Positions 52,601 through 61,227 of a stretch of 64,000 nucleotides of DNA are shown here, one piece after another. The notes under the pieces are model-generated. The model was not told the DNA's origin. It searched no databases and was given only the letters and a program-made list of their open reading frames with translations. Origin of the DNA: Phoronis australis (lineage: Eukaryota; Animalia; Phoronida); NCBI GenBank assembly GCA_002633005.1, contig NMRA01000485.1, forward strand, positions 58,279 through 122,278, written 5' to 3'. Made by a program: the position numbers and the translations under genes. How positions within the stretch are numbered: position 1 is the first letter of the stretch; each line of letters opens with the position of its first letter.

Positions 52601-53709
52601 TCCCTAGTTTAATCATTGGAGGGAATTTTTGGGCTTGATGATGGTAATTTTGAGTGATCTTTAAGAATTTTTCATAGAGGAATGTTGACGATATTCAGCC
52701 TCATAATCGAAACATCAAGGGTCCAGTTGGATCAGGGCCACATGTACATCCAATTTTCTACTACTGGACATTGACATATATATGGATAGCATGCATTCCC
52801 ACAAAATCTTGAACAAGAATGTGGATTGACAGAAACATCCTGCAATCACATTCATTAGTTTAGGCACAATTTGATGGTCAGGCACATACCCAACTATGTG
52901 CCTGAAAACTACGTTCCCAGGAATGGCACAACATAATACACTTTTTCTCCATCAAATGCACTTACAAGTTGGAGAAACCTTCATCAAATTACCGTTTCTA
53001 CGATGGACCAAAGCGCAATTCTTCAAAATGGGCTGAGCATAGCATGGCCCCTGAATTGGTCCCTAGCTCCACCATGTACTACCGTATCCGTGTCAGACGC
53101 ACGAACCTGTGTCATTTTTGGAAGATCCGATTTCTATTAATGCATCCTCTGCACATGCAACTTTTCATAATACTCAGTTGAACTCAGTTTTCAACCAGTA
53201 AGGCTTACGGCTGGTGTAGATGAACACAATTTCGGAGACCGGACCACGTGATGACGTCACACAATTATTTTTTTTAAATTTTGATTCTACTTCTCGATTA
53301 AAAGTACATGAATTGAAGAAGACATACTAAAAATATCAGACCAAAATAGTTCCTAACTGAATTCAAGCACTTACGACCACGGTGTGAAGGGTTTAACATT
53401 ATTTTGGAGGAAAGTGTCTAAATCATGGTGTTGGAAAAATTTTCCATGAATCCAATCACTGTTTCTGAGACATGACGTTCCGAAGATAGCCAAACTTAGT
53501 CACGTTCTTAAGGGTCCAACATAATCTTAAGGATACAATACCGACAGTGACACACTTACCAGGACACCCTGAATCCAGCCGAACTTGATGGCTTTATGCG
53601 TGGCTACTTTAACTGTTTCTTCATCTTTGGTACCCTGCTCCAAGTCCCCGTTCTGCTCCACGTACTGCTGTAGATGGACATTGCTGGCATTCCTGGGCAG
53701 TTGGCTCTC
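1465..53709 (-). CDS. SLC12A2: Na-K-2Cl cotransporter (SLC12A2/NKCC1-like), 5'-partial spliced gene with 22 exons in the window
   Basis: Exon chain 53709-53560, 41667-41496, 40305-40166, 39377-39267, 30538-30427, 29239-29112, 26832-26641, 25162-25055 (or 22862-22755), 24294-24171 (or 21973-21850), 20894-20793, 19775-19620, 18844-18745, 18600-18486, 17241-16997, 15141-15053, 11591-11426, 10035-9893, 9231-9117, 8469-8383, 7584-7473, 6865-6798, 1600-1465. All are GT-AG with compatible phases and sum to 2871 nt. Family motifs: [89 protein letters not shown]. The symbol means closest human family member, not proven 1:1 orthology. Confidence 0.95.
1859..1927 (+). repeat. tRNA-derived (SINE-head-like) sequence
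   Basis: A box TGGCTCAAAGG at 1861-1871, TCTGC/GCAGA stem with 7-nt loop, B box GGTTTGAGTCC at 1906-1916, no proper acceptor stem. Confidence 0.6.
2745..3060. repeat. Fold-back inverted repeat with hammerhead-bearing arms (allele A, tRNA-like loop deleted)
   Basis: 2761-2902 is the reverse complement of 2909-3050 around a 6-nt loop (CATCAC). The pairing extends to ttacaact/aactgtaa. Confidence 0.93.
2957..2999 (+). ncRNA. Minimal type-I hammerhead ribozyme motif
   Basis: cac CTGATGA t GGCCGG agaataga CTGACC GAAA cgtc gtg. Core CUGANGA/GAAA, stem II with one mismatch, palindromic ACGT stem III, GUC site (cut after 2996), CAC/GTG stem I. Confidence 0.75.
3060..3283. mobile_element. One end of a non-autonomous Helentron-type (HINE/DINE-1-like) element, cut by the N at 3284
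   Basis: Starts AACAAGAG, short hairpin CAACGC-GGA-GCGTTG at 3068-3082, subterminal IR ATGCGCCCACA at 3085-3095. Absent from the duplicated allele at about 4057. Confidence 0.75.
3674..4057. mobile_element. Inverted-repeat element: tail and hammerhead arm, tRNA-like head, hammerhead and tail arm (allele B)
   Basis: Arms 3691-3836 and 3901-4047. The loop 3837-3900 reads on minus GACTCCGTGATGTAGTGGTTAAGG...GGGTTCAAATCC...GACAAAAAA (A and B boxes). Confidence 0.8.
3954..3996 (+). ncRNA. Minimal hammerhead ribozyme motif (allelic copy, weaker stem II)
   Basis: acac CTGATGA tggccggagaatagacctacc GAAA cgtc gtg. Confidence 0.62.
6231..6372. mobile_element. Other end of the Helentron-type element
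   Basis: (GGAC)n-like microsatellite, then hairpin ATGCGTCCACATAT-AA-ATATGTGGGCGCAT whose 3' arm (6358-6368) complements 3085-3095, then an A-run and the flank seen at about 4060. Confidence 0.78.
6798..6865 (-). CDS. SLC12 exon (second copy at 4485-4552)
   Basis: 68 nt; [22 protein letters not shown]. Confidence 0.93.
7150..7515. repeat. About 52-bp degenerate minisatellite (allelic copy at about 4838-5200)
   Basis: About 7 units of ttggcctccaggtcattat...gacctgccagcaccccttccctgg. The last unit overlaps the 7473-7584 exon. Confidence 0.85.
7473..7584 (-). CDS. SLC12 exon (second copy at 5155-5266)
   Basis: 112 nt; [37 protein letters not shown] (the copy has an A>S change). Confidence 0.92.
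8383..8469 (-). CDS. SLC12 exon (second copy at 6064-6150)
   Basis: 87 nt; [28 protein letters not shown]. Confidence 0.93.
9117..9231 (-). CDS. SLC12 exon
   Basis: 115 nt; [38 protein letters not shown]. Confidence 0.95.
9893..10035 (-). CDS. SLC12 exon
   Basis: 143 nt; ...[20 protein letters not shown]. Confidence 0.93.
11426..11591 (-). CDS. SLC12 exon (acidic, Ser-rich variable loop)
   Basis: 166 nt, phase 1 to 2, which joins the 89-nt and 143-nt exons in frame; [21 protein letters not shown]...EGLEEAAR. Confidence 0.75.
13906..13920 (-). CDS. Candidate 15-nt microexon of the SLC12 gene
   Basis: Minus strand ctcactaattaccttgcag|TTACGACACCTAGAG|gtgagt. Phase 1-1, adds VTTPR in frame. 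Confidence 0.55.
15053..15141 (-). CDS. SLC12 exon
   Basis: 89 nt; [30 protein letters not shown]. Confidence 0.9.
15601..15906. repeat. 63-bp tandem repeat, about 5 units
   Basis: tagaagat recurs at 15666, 15729, 15792 and 15856. Confidence 0.9.
16997..17241 (-). CDS. SLC12 exon
   Basis: 245 nt; ...[30 protein letters not shown]...EEYFHVI. Confidence 0.95.
18486..18600 (-). CDS. SLC12 exon
   Basis: 115 nt; [39 protein letters not shown]. Confidence 0.95.
18745..18844 (-). CDS. SLC12 exon
   Basis: 100 nt; [33 protein letters not shown]. Confidence 0.96.
19366..19426. repeat. About 31-bp direct duplication
   Basis: gacgattttgacatgacctgtcttaatagt twice. Confidence 0.85.
19620..19775 (-). 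CDS. SLC12 exon (TM11-TM12)
   Basis: 156 nt; [34 protein letters not shown]...YVRHKRP. Confidence 0.96.
20793..20894 (-). CDS. SLC12 exon (TM10)
   Basis: 102 nt; [34 protein letters not shown]. Confidence 0.96.
21850..21973 (-). CDS. SLC12 exon (TM9), copy 2 (probably the other allele)
   Basis: Same peptide as 24171-24294, synonymous differences only. Confidence 0.85.
22755..22862 (-). CDS. SLC12 exon (TM8), copy 2 (probably the other allele)
   Basis: Same peptide as 25055-25162, synonymous differences only. Confidence 0.85.
22935..23312. mobile_element. Allele-specific insertion, probably a DNA-transposon end, cut by the N at 23313
   Basis: Follows ...accaacctct at 22934 but is absent at the homologous site 25234. 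Starts TAGTCGG and contains CCAAT and AATATGGCTGC motifs. Confidence 0.6.
24171..24294 (-). CDS. SLC12 exon (TM9), copy 1
   Basis: 124 nt; [41 protein letters not shown]. Confidence 0.93.
25055..25162 (-). CDS. SLC12 exon (TM8), copy 1
   Basis: 108 nt; [36 protein letters not shown]. Confidence 0.93.
25185..25392 (-). mobile_element. Diverged member of the tRNA-head, hammerhead, tail family
   Basis: Minus strand: degenerate tRNA-like head, A-rich linker, tgtgctc, stem ATCATCA/TGATGAC, tGAAACgcc, and tail gaggttggtgtaaatagaccaa shared with the 2.7-4.0 kb element. Confidence 0.65.
25393..25549. mobile_element. Small MITE
   Basis: Imperfect terminal IRs tataggggaggatccagg and cctggatccgcctatg. 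Confidence 0.65.
26641..26832 (-). CDS. SLC12 exon (TM7 and extracellular loop)
   Basis: 192 nt; [18 protein letters not shown]...VRDATG...[18 protein letters not shown]. Not in the ORF track frame. Confidence 0.95.
29112..29239 (-). CDS. SLC12 exon (TM6)
   Basis: 128 nt, CAG/GTATGG; NFGPSY...[26 protein letters not shown]. Confidence 0.97.
30427..30538 (-). CDS. SLC12 exon (TM5)
   Basis: 112 nt, CAG/GTGAGT; [24 protein letters not shown]...GFHGYS. Confidence 0.96.
32291..32393. mobile_element. Tc1/mariner (pogo-like) MITE
   Basis: TA-flanked, with TIRs ccgtactcgtctgggttagcgccca and tgggcggtaacccggacgagtacag. Confidence 0.8.
33617..33964. repeat. 174-bp tandem duplication
   Basis: ctctaaaagagtggag...acacctg occurs at 33617 and 33791. 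Confidence 0.88.
37037..37125. repeat. 27-bp tandem repeat, about 3 units
   Basis: tatgaaggctatgacttaccacgatta repeated. Confidence 0.85.
37249..37500. mobile_element. PIF/Harbinger-type MITE
   Basis: TIRs gggcccgttccaa...gactta and taagtc...ttggaacgggccc, CAG target duplication on both sides, internal cttaag repeats. Confidence 0.8.
38360..38437 (-). repeat. tRNA-derived SINE-head-like sequence
   Basis: Minus strand TGGCTTCGCCAGCAGTGCGTTTGACTGTGACAGCGAAAGTTTCAGGTTCGAATCC, with a perfect B box at 38383-38373. Confidence 0.55.
38620..39000. repeat. About 28-30-bp tandem repeat, about 13 units
   Basis: ttagcatataaataaaactacagaaatc repeated head to tail. Confidence 0.95.
39030..39172. repeat. 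C/T-rich low-complexity tract
   Basis: (cct/cctt)n-like polypyrimidine run, the source of the Pro-rich ORFs. Confidence 0.9.
39267..39377 (-). CDS. SLC12 exon (TM4)
   Basis: 111 nt, CAG/GTGAGT; [17 protein letters not shown]...GMEWEAR. Confidence 0.96.
40166..40305 (-). CDS. SLC12 exon (TM3)
   Basis: 140 nt, TAG/GTATG; [24 protein letters not shown]...AETIRDIMK. Confidence 0.97.
40870..41390 (+). mobile_element. Penelope-like retroelement relic (GIY-YIG endonuclease and 3' end)
   Basis: Broken frames [12 protein letters not shown]...SGVVYHIL*...C..C..SWIGETE and [31 protein letters not shown] follow the PLE GIY-YIG pattern. Confidence 0.8.
41496..41667 (-). CDS. SLC12 exon (TM1-TM2)
   Basis: 172 nt, CAG/GTGAG; [21 protein letters not shown]...[11 protein letters not shown]. 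Confidence 0.97.
41724..42014. mobile_element. hAT-type MITE
   Basis: TIRs caggcctttatgcag and ctggataaaggcctg, degenerate 8-bp TSD agtggata/agcagata, internal ggacgccc repeats. Confidence 0.72.
42025..42210. repeat. About 58-bp tandem repeat, about 3 units
   Basis: gagacatggaacctatagcaaattaagaataatgtacagtggatatgacaatgtctaa. Confidence 0.85.
45740..45820 (-). mobile_element. LINE/SINE 3'-tail fragment (CR1/L2-like)
   Basis: Minus strand agggacctcttggaaagc...ctgaagaggccaccctc followed by (aaat)n. Confidence 0.45.
46308..46435. repeat. 43-bp tandem repeat, 3 units
   Basis: tgagtcctgagtggactgtctagcctgtgaatgcggtctccaa. Confidence 0.9.
50660..51310 (-). mobile_element. 5'-truncated LINE relic (L2/Crack/CR1 group ORF2 C-terminus)
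   Basis: [36 protein letters not shown]...[11 protein letters not shown] resembles the post-RT LQKRAIR...HT.PLFK...DLY pattern, and ends in a Cys-rich motif and A-rich tail. Confidence 0.75.
53560..53709 (-). CDS. SLC12 exon (pre-TM1)
   Basis: 150 nt, CAG/GTAAGT; [50 protein letters not shown]. Confidence 0.9.
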
Positions 53710-54205
53710 CTGTAAAAGAGTACTAAATGAGTTACACCTTGGTCATGGCGTTGTACTGCACTTACAGCAGCCTACCTAGAGCGATACGTCCCGTGAATTT
53801 TGTTGTCAAAACATCTTTTGAGCATCACTCCGAGGACGCTAAGACCATGAATTGCTAAAATCTAATCAACAGTTTGGCTTCGCCTACATCCCTGCAAGAA
53901 TATTCTAAGTTTTGATATTTCGACTTTCGTCCATTGTTCCATATTCTCACGGTGACACAATAGGGTGCAAAATGTGCTACTTGTGTATCATAGACAAGAC
54001 TACTATGAATAATGTTTCTGATATTGCTAAAGTATTCCTGGGACTATCTGGATAGACTCAATCATCTTAAAAGAGAATGTCTTAATCGGTCTATATCCAC
54101 ATCGCCTTTTATACGGTCGACCTCACCTTGCTGAGAGGTGTCGTGTTAACCTGCCAGGAAGGTGAGAAACGACGCAGCGACGTCAGTGGTTCGTCTGCAG
54201 AGTGA

Positions 54206-54412
54206 ATGCATCGGTGCATCGTTCCCGCTTGTCCGAACTATTAAGCTATGAAGAAAGCAGGAATATCGATCATTTTTTCGAGTTCCTCGACAGCCCGAAA
54301 TGCTTAGGAAGTGGCTCGCGGTAATGAAGAATGAAAGGTGCGCTGTTAATAGCAAGTATGAGGCCATGAAACATCTCCGTGTCTGTCATGGCCAGCATTT
54401 CGTCGACAGTGA
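54206..54412 (+). pseudogene. Degenerate THAP zinc-finger coding relic (DNA-transposon derived)
   Basis: MHRCIVPACPNY* then a frameshift to FRVPRQPEMLRKWLAVMK...LRVCHGQHFVDSE, giving the C-x4-C, P, W, C..HF signature. Confidence 0.7.
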
Positions 54413-55138
54413 ACTATCCATACGTTACGTTGCCTATTCATGTTCACGGTGCCTCTCTAGTATTTCTTGTTCAGTGTATTCTGTTCAAACTGATAACCTG
54501 TGAAATCTAACGATCCGACCCGTGAAGTCTTCGTCAGATGAGGTCTCGACTATGTCGGGATTGGCGCCGGGCAAGTTGCCATGTAGACGTTTATTATTCT
54601 GCGTTCTGTTTCAAAATGAATTATTCTCATCCTAACCAATGCTTATGTAAAACTGAAACAAAGTCCGTCTCATTAGATACAATTTGTAATCCCTTTGCAG
54701 TATTCGTGAGCGCAAACGTTGAGAAGCCAGCAATGAATAAACCTCTAGGTTACTGGCTTTTGATGACGGCAATAAAGGTAATTGACAGGCACAGAGGCCG
54801 TGTGAGTGCATGCTAATTCAGTGTTTGCTGACAGAAAGCTGTTGTGAAACAATTACTTGATTTTATATGCTATGGTCACATGTTAAGAGAATCTTTATTT
54901 AGAAATACAAATACATTATTCAAATCATTGTTACTGCACAACCTTTGCCCTGACGGTTTGTGGAAGGGGTTCCGACTTTGCGGCCACTGACAATTAAGTA
55001 GATTTTCAGTTTCGTGGCTACTTCACATAAATAATTACGTGCACATTTTTTTGTTTGGCTCACTATTATAGTCTTTTCGTGACTGGAGGTTTAGTTTCCA
55101 AATCCAGTTAGTTTATGTTCGTGCTAGTTCCGGTGGCC

Positions 55139-55274
55139 GCGACGGGCCTGATCGGGTTCCGAGCCACTGGCCGGGATGAGTCAGTCCGGCTGCGACGGGC
55201 CTGATCAGGTTCCGAGCCACAGGCCGGGATGAGTCAGTCCAGCTGCGACGGGCCTGGTCGGGTTCCGAGCCACT
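55139..55274. repeat. 53-bp GC-rich tandem repeat, about 2.6 units
   Basis: gcgacgggcctgatcgggttccgagccac at 55139, 55192 and 55245. Confidence 0.9.
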
Positions 55275-56769
55275 CAGGCTGAGATAACAAGCATTTTGTG
55301 TTTAGAACTAAAATTATCAGAAGTCTAAACAACACAGATTTAGGCTCTCCTGTCTGTATAGTCAAGCTTAGACATAAACTTTTAGCCCGGCGCAACTGAC
55401 ACCGAGCAAATTGACCCGTGTCAAGCAGCCGTTTAAACACACAACTCATTAACCGTGGTAAGACGGAAATCAATGGCTGGAGAGACTGGATCACACAGGT
55501 TTACAAATGACGAGAGTTGCAGAGACAAAGAACCCGTATGTAGGTCATTACACAACCGCAGTAGAGATGATCCTTTCCGCCTTACTCCAGTTTCACGTTT
55601 AGACTTATAATTGACATGGCGCAAGATGTTCTGGCGCAACTTACTCTACCTCACAAACGGGTGGCAAAAATTTGTCACCGCGGTGTCAATTTGCGCCGTT
55701 TCAGTCCGTTTACCCACTGGACTAACTTGTTCGATGTCAGCTGAACCGTGTCAACTTTGTAAGTGTAAACAGCACTTATTTCACGGAAGAATACTTCGAA
55801 TTTATCTCCGAACAGACACCAACTTCCTGCTACGGACCTTGGCCTGACGAACTTTGTAGGCTACGGTGTGTCCAAATACCAATAAATCAGTAACAGTGAA
55901 ATAAAACAACACGTGTTTATAAGAACTCGGTGTATTTTCAAGGGTTTTAAATCGAAGTTTGATGATTTATTGGTGTTAAACGATGAATTCAAGCGATAAG
56001 CTGACACCAGTAACCCGTGTTGTGAACTGCTGAACAGACAGTGTGTGAAACCAACGACGTCATTGGATAATTTCAACACTTCCGTCTGCCGTCTGGTGCC
56101 AGGTAACGCAACCGAACATGCCGTTATCAAGTACAACTACTCGATCTAAATTGATACAAAATAGGTTGTTTTTTGGGTGGCATCCTCCTTTATATTACTA
56201 AAGGTAAATTCCAAGAAGATTTCAATAGTGTTCAGACCTGGCCCACATCAGGTGAGTTAGGGCAACTCTGCAACAGCTGCCATTCATAACTGCATCTGCA
56301 CGTAAGATCCTATGTAGAAAGCTCCTCAATTTCAGATACCTTAAAATCTAGTTTCTTCTCAATAACCATTCTAACACAGGTTACTTTAAACAGGCAAAAA
56401 GGAAATCACCGACACCAAAGTTTGGGATGGGCTGCACATAGAGAACTATTTCCAAGTCCACGCCAAAATGCTGGAGATAGTGGTTGAATTGCAAAATGTG
56501 GATACGACTTCTATGGCGCATTGTAAGCATTTCTGAAAAGCTTGGTCAAAATTCCTTTCAGAATGGCATTTTTGTGTATAGAGGAGAATTTCCATAGACG
56601 CGCGGATACATAAAAATCAAGAAACAGTCAAGATTCCTGAGAAAATATAGTCAAACCGCAAAATGATAATAGCATATCAGTGTAGTCTATGCATGTATAT
56701 AATAAAGTAATAAGGATAAAAATGTACCACTGTATTCAGAATAATTATGATAACAGGACATTGTATAAC

Positions 56770-57100
56770 GACAATAGTATGCATGTATATTATATAATGT
56801 AATGATAATATATCTGTGAATGCAAGTATATCATATATTAATAAGATATCTATGCATCTAGTATATAATATGATAACATGATATCTGTGTGTGCATTTAT
56901 ATCACATACTGATATTATGATAGCGTGTGTGCAATGTAATTTATATCATGTAATGATAATATGATATCTGTGTGTGCAATGAATATCATATAATGATAAT
57001 GATATCTATGTATGAAATCAATGTATATCATATAACGATAACTGGGTATCTGTGCATGCAATGTATATCACATAATGATGACTGGATATCTGTGTGCATA
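56770..57100. repeat. Degenerate AT-rich minisatellite
   Basis: Recurrent tatatcatataatgataa...atatctgtgtgtgcaatg. Confidence 0.75.
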
Positions 57101-59856
57101 CCATGGACCAAAAGTATCACAAAGCGTGTTTTGCAGGGGATTTATTCTAGTACACATTCAGCACACCATTTAACTGTTCCATTATTGCCATTCACGTCCA
57201 AATTGGCTCGTGCTGATTCTAACACGATCCTACTCAATGAGTTTTATAATTTAAGTCACTGGTCACACTCCTGAGCAAATAATGGTCAAAGCAATGGCGT
57301 AAATAAGGTGTGAGCAGCTTCATACCATAGTGTTTGGCTAAAAAAATTAGATACACCGTGTCAAAAGCTAGGTCGTACTACTGAACTACTGTCCGCAATC
57401 TTTCTTATGCGATAAGTTGCGTACTACACTGCCCACAATTCCGTCAACATTGATATTTATTCTTATGTGAAATCCAACCCAATCAACCATTCAGGTAAGC
57501 GTCTGACCTGTTTTCAAAAAATTTTCCTTTTCAATGGTCCATGCTTGATTTTTGAGTTTCCGAATTTAAGCGTAATGGTTGGTAAACCAGACGTCTACGT
57601 ACGTGTATTTGCATCAGTATGTGTAACATAGTACGACAACATATTGATCTCTAGATGACAAAACGTGGCAAACAGTGACTTTATCGCTATTAAAGTGATA
57701 AAGTATAGTCTTGTATTCAGATTAGGTTTCATCTTGATAATAATAAAACTGGTCGGAAAACGATTGAATCCACACGCAGTTCCACCTTCGAAAACTCACG
57801 TTTCGGATCAAGTTTTCGGGGTGGAAGCTTTCTTAATTTTTTTAATACCGAGAGTTGGTATTCCTCAATATACATGATAATTAAACAAACGAACGAAGAT
57901 TCACCACTGCTAAATCTATGCGCCATTATTCCAGTGCAAAATTTTGTACTTTATCTTGACCTAATCTTCAAGTTCACTTACACCTAATTTAAAGTAAGTT
58001 CATTATTACCTCATTAGCAAGTTCACTTTGACTTAATTAGTAAGTTCACCTTCATTAGTTTACCCTGCATGGGACTTTCAGGGTTACGTAGAACCCTAGA
58101 ACATGTCCAATTCTGGATAAATTCGGAAAATTCTATCTCGGAAATGGATGATCAGATTCACATGAAACTCAGATACTACGCTTTATACACTGTTCTTCAA
58201 AACACCGTTCAGAACTGCTTTTAAAATATTCCACTGTTGCATAAGGGTCTATAAAAATATAGGAAAAAACTAAATTAAATTGCATACCATTAAAACAAAA
58301 CGATACTTTAGAAAACTATAACATCATTGAGGGTTTATCTTGAACACTTATATCATGAAATTTGGTCACACTAATGATCTTGATGTTTTGCTATGAATAT
58401 AGCTTTCTTTTTTAATAAATTTTGAAAAAAAGCAAGGTAGCTTGACCTAATTAGTGGCAGATTGGTAAAAAGTCAAATTCTTCAAAGTATCTGCTTTCAT
58501 AAAATATACTTCAGTTGAGTTAAATTCTAAAGTGTTTTGTATAAGTTTGGCTAAATGTGCATAGTTGTCAATATCGAGGCCCAGGTAACTTTAAGGGTTG
58601 TGCACATGTGTACAGATACAACGGTAACCAAAACAGTGCAGTCAGCAAACTAGCCTAAGGCAGTGAGACAGTAATTAAGGTTCTTTAATACTAACTTAGG
58701 TCTGGCATGAGCAGAATGTCGACGTAAACCGCGAAGAAAATTGAATCGTTCATACCAGCTTCAGAAGTTAACGGCATCGAAGTACATGGTAGGTGACAGT
58801 GTCATCAACCCTGATGCATAAAATTACCTTCGAGGTAGACATAGAAATCGCGTGTTTTTAGTCCAAATTTGAGAACATTTACATGTAATAATTGACATAA
58901 AACTTATTTCAAATTTGATTTGTGATTATTAAAGAAAAATATTAGCAAGTATTAGCGACGACACTGCCCGTTAATTCTTGACAATAGCAGTGGCTCCTGG
59001 TGATAACTTTTACGAGACCAAAGTTGACAGTTCATACCGCACCGCAGCGCCGCCGCTCTTCTGTTAAAGCCACCTCTTTACTATGACGTTAACTGGTGCT
59101 TTTAACTTCAATCCACGACCGTTAACCATTCATGCCAACTGCAACTCCCTAAAATTTCGATGCCTCGACAATAACTATAAAAAGGCCTTTACAGTTGCTG
59201 AAAGAAGTCCTTCTCTCACGCGTTGTTAACCCTTATTACATGGTTAGAAGATGTTATAAGGATCCAAGAAGTACCTACCCCATAACTAATACACGATCCG
59301 TACTCGAAAACAGTTTAAATGAACGCGCCACTCACGATTCGCAACCGAAGAAACACCGCCATTTTGAACTTGCCGCGAACCCGGAAGTACAATTCATTCA
59401 GGAACCCAGGCCGAGAAAATGCCGTCAGTGCGACTAGAGCAGTGCCTGTACTGTTACCAGCCAGCAAACGGGGAAAAAAATCAACAGCGCGCCTTAGTTT
59501 TGATAAAATCAAACTACGAACAATTTTATGGAATTTGCTGAAGAAATGTGGCGAATAAATTTTGACAGAAATTATTTTGCCAGACTCCGGACCGCAGCCT
59601 ATCGGACCCGGTGCAGATCGAGACCAGACACTGGCGAACGGTAAATGCATGCAGTTGCAAGCTGTTTTGTCGAAGTAAAATGGTCAAATGATAAATGCTG
59701 CATATATTCAAGGGTAGTTTCAGATACTTGCATGAAATTACGGGCTGGGTAGTCCTGTGTAACACTGCCGCGGCAGACCTTAGTTAGCCTCAGTCACCAG
59801 CAACCAGTGAAGACTACAGTCAAAATACAGCTTGTTAGTAGGCCTATACAGGCGTG

Positions 59857-59997
59857 CGTTCAGTAGACGGTAGGACCTATGCTAGGACCTAGCTAAAACC
59901 TAGTCAAAGTCACGTGTTCTTATTCAAAATACACGGTGAAATCTCACGTATTCTCGCGAAGTCTGGCTTTTTAACGAGGTCCTAGCGTTACTGAACG
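59857..59997. mobile_element. Small MITE-like inverted repeat
   Basis: cgttcagtagacggtaggacct and aggtcctagcgttactgaacg. Confidence 0.55.
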
Positions 59998-61052
59998 GGA
60001 GGCAGCTTTGCGCCAAGACTTACCCTTAGGCCTAACTGGTCGCTGGCCACAAACACAAAACACGAAAATTGAACAAAGTTTCTTTTTTGTAGCAACGATT
60101 GTCAAAATGTATCAACGTTAAATCTTCACAAATTACAAAGTAGCGGATTGAACATGCCTTTCAGTTCAGCAAAAGTCGACATTGTAGGTGCCGCCAGAAA
60201 TGAGACGAAGTCCAACGTTAATTGTGAGCACATTTATCTCTTAATGAGTAACAACTGCGAGGCTGAAATTTGGTGAACACTGTTGAATCGTGCAGAATAG
60301 TAAGTAAAGATATGTCTAACTAAATGTCACCGTAATTTGTTGGCGAAAACAATTTACACAAAGTTTTAAACTCGTAACTCATCCCGTTGTCCTCCAATAT
60401 GGCCGACGCGATCCAAACAAAGTGACCCAAATTTCGCCACAAAACTTGCAATAACTTTACAGTGCTTGCCCCGATTTTGATACTTTTTCGATTTTTAATG
60501 AGTAGAATGTACTACCTTTCCGATGATAGCAAAGTACTTTTTCAAAACGAGGAAAAAATAAAACCGAAAAAATAGGTTCGACCCATATTGGTTCCTAGGT
60601 TTGACCGGCCTACGTAAGGAACTAAACACCAATGCTATTTTAACATACTAAGTACGCGTAATATTCCAAAAAAATCAACAACCACAAACTACAAACTATA
60701 AATACACTACATATGCAAACGAATCACGATATATTACTAATAAAACAAAATAATGAAGACTTTTCGAGCGAGCCATAGCACATTCAGTTACAAGGAAAAA
60801 ATGGCGGCATTCAGGACAAGTTCCTGAACTGATGAGCCGGAAATGCGGGTACGGAAATAACCGATGACAACCGGTAATCATACGCTCAGAGAGAAGGGTC
60901 AAATACTGTTAAAAAATCACTTTTGGCAAGAAAGGCGAAAAGAATATAAAGAAAGGGTGTCGAAAATAAGAATTTATGTAGTAAGTATTTTCGGATACTG
61001 GAACCACATGGGCAGTTTTTCAAAACTATTGTCTGGTGGTGAGGATTCAATT

Positions 61053-61227
61053 AAATAAACTATTCTGTCAGGGTACAAGGAAATAAACTATTCAGTCACT
61101 GCACAAGGAAAATAAACTATTCTGTCAGGATGCAAGGAAAATAAAACTATTCTGTCAGGGTACAAAGAAACAAAACTATTCCGTCAGGGTACAAGGAAAT
61201 AAACTATTCTGTCAGGGTACAAGGAAC
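61053..61227. repeat. About 29-bp tandem repeat, 6 units
   Basis: aaataaactattctgtcagggtacaagga repeated. Confidence 0.92.
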
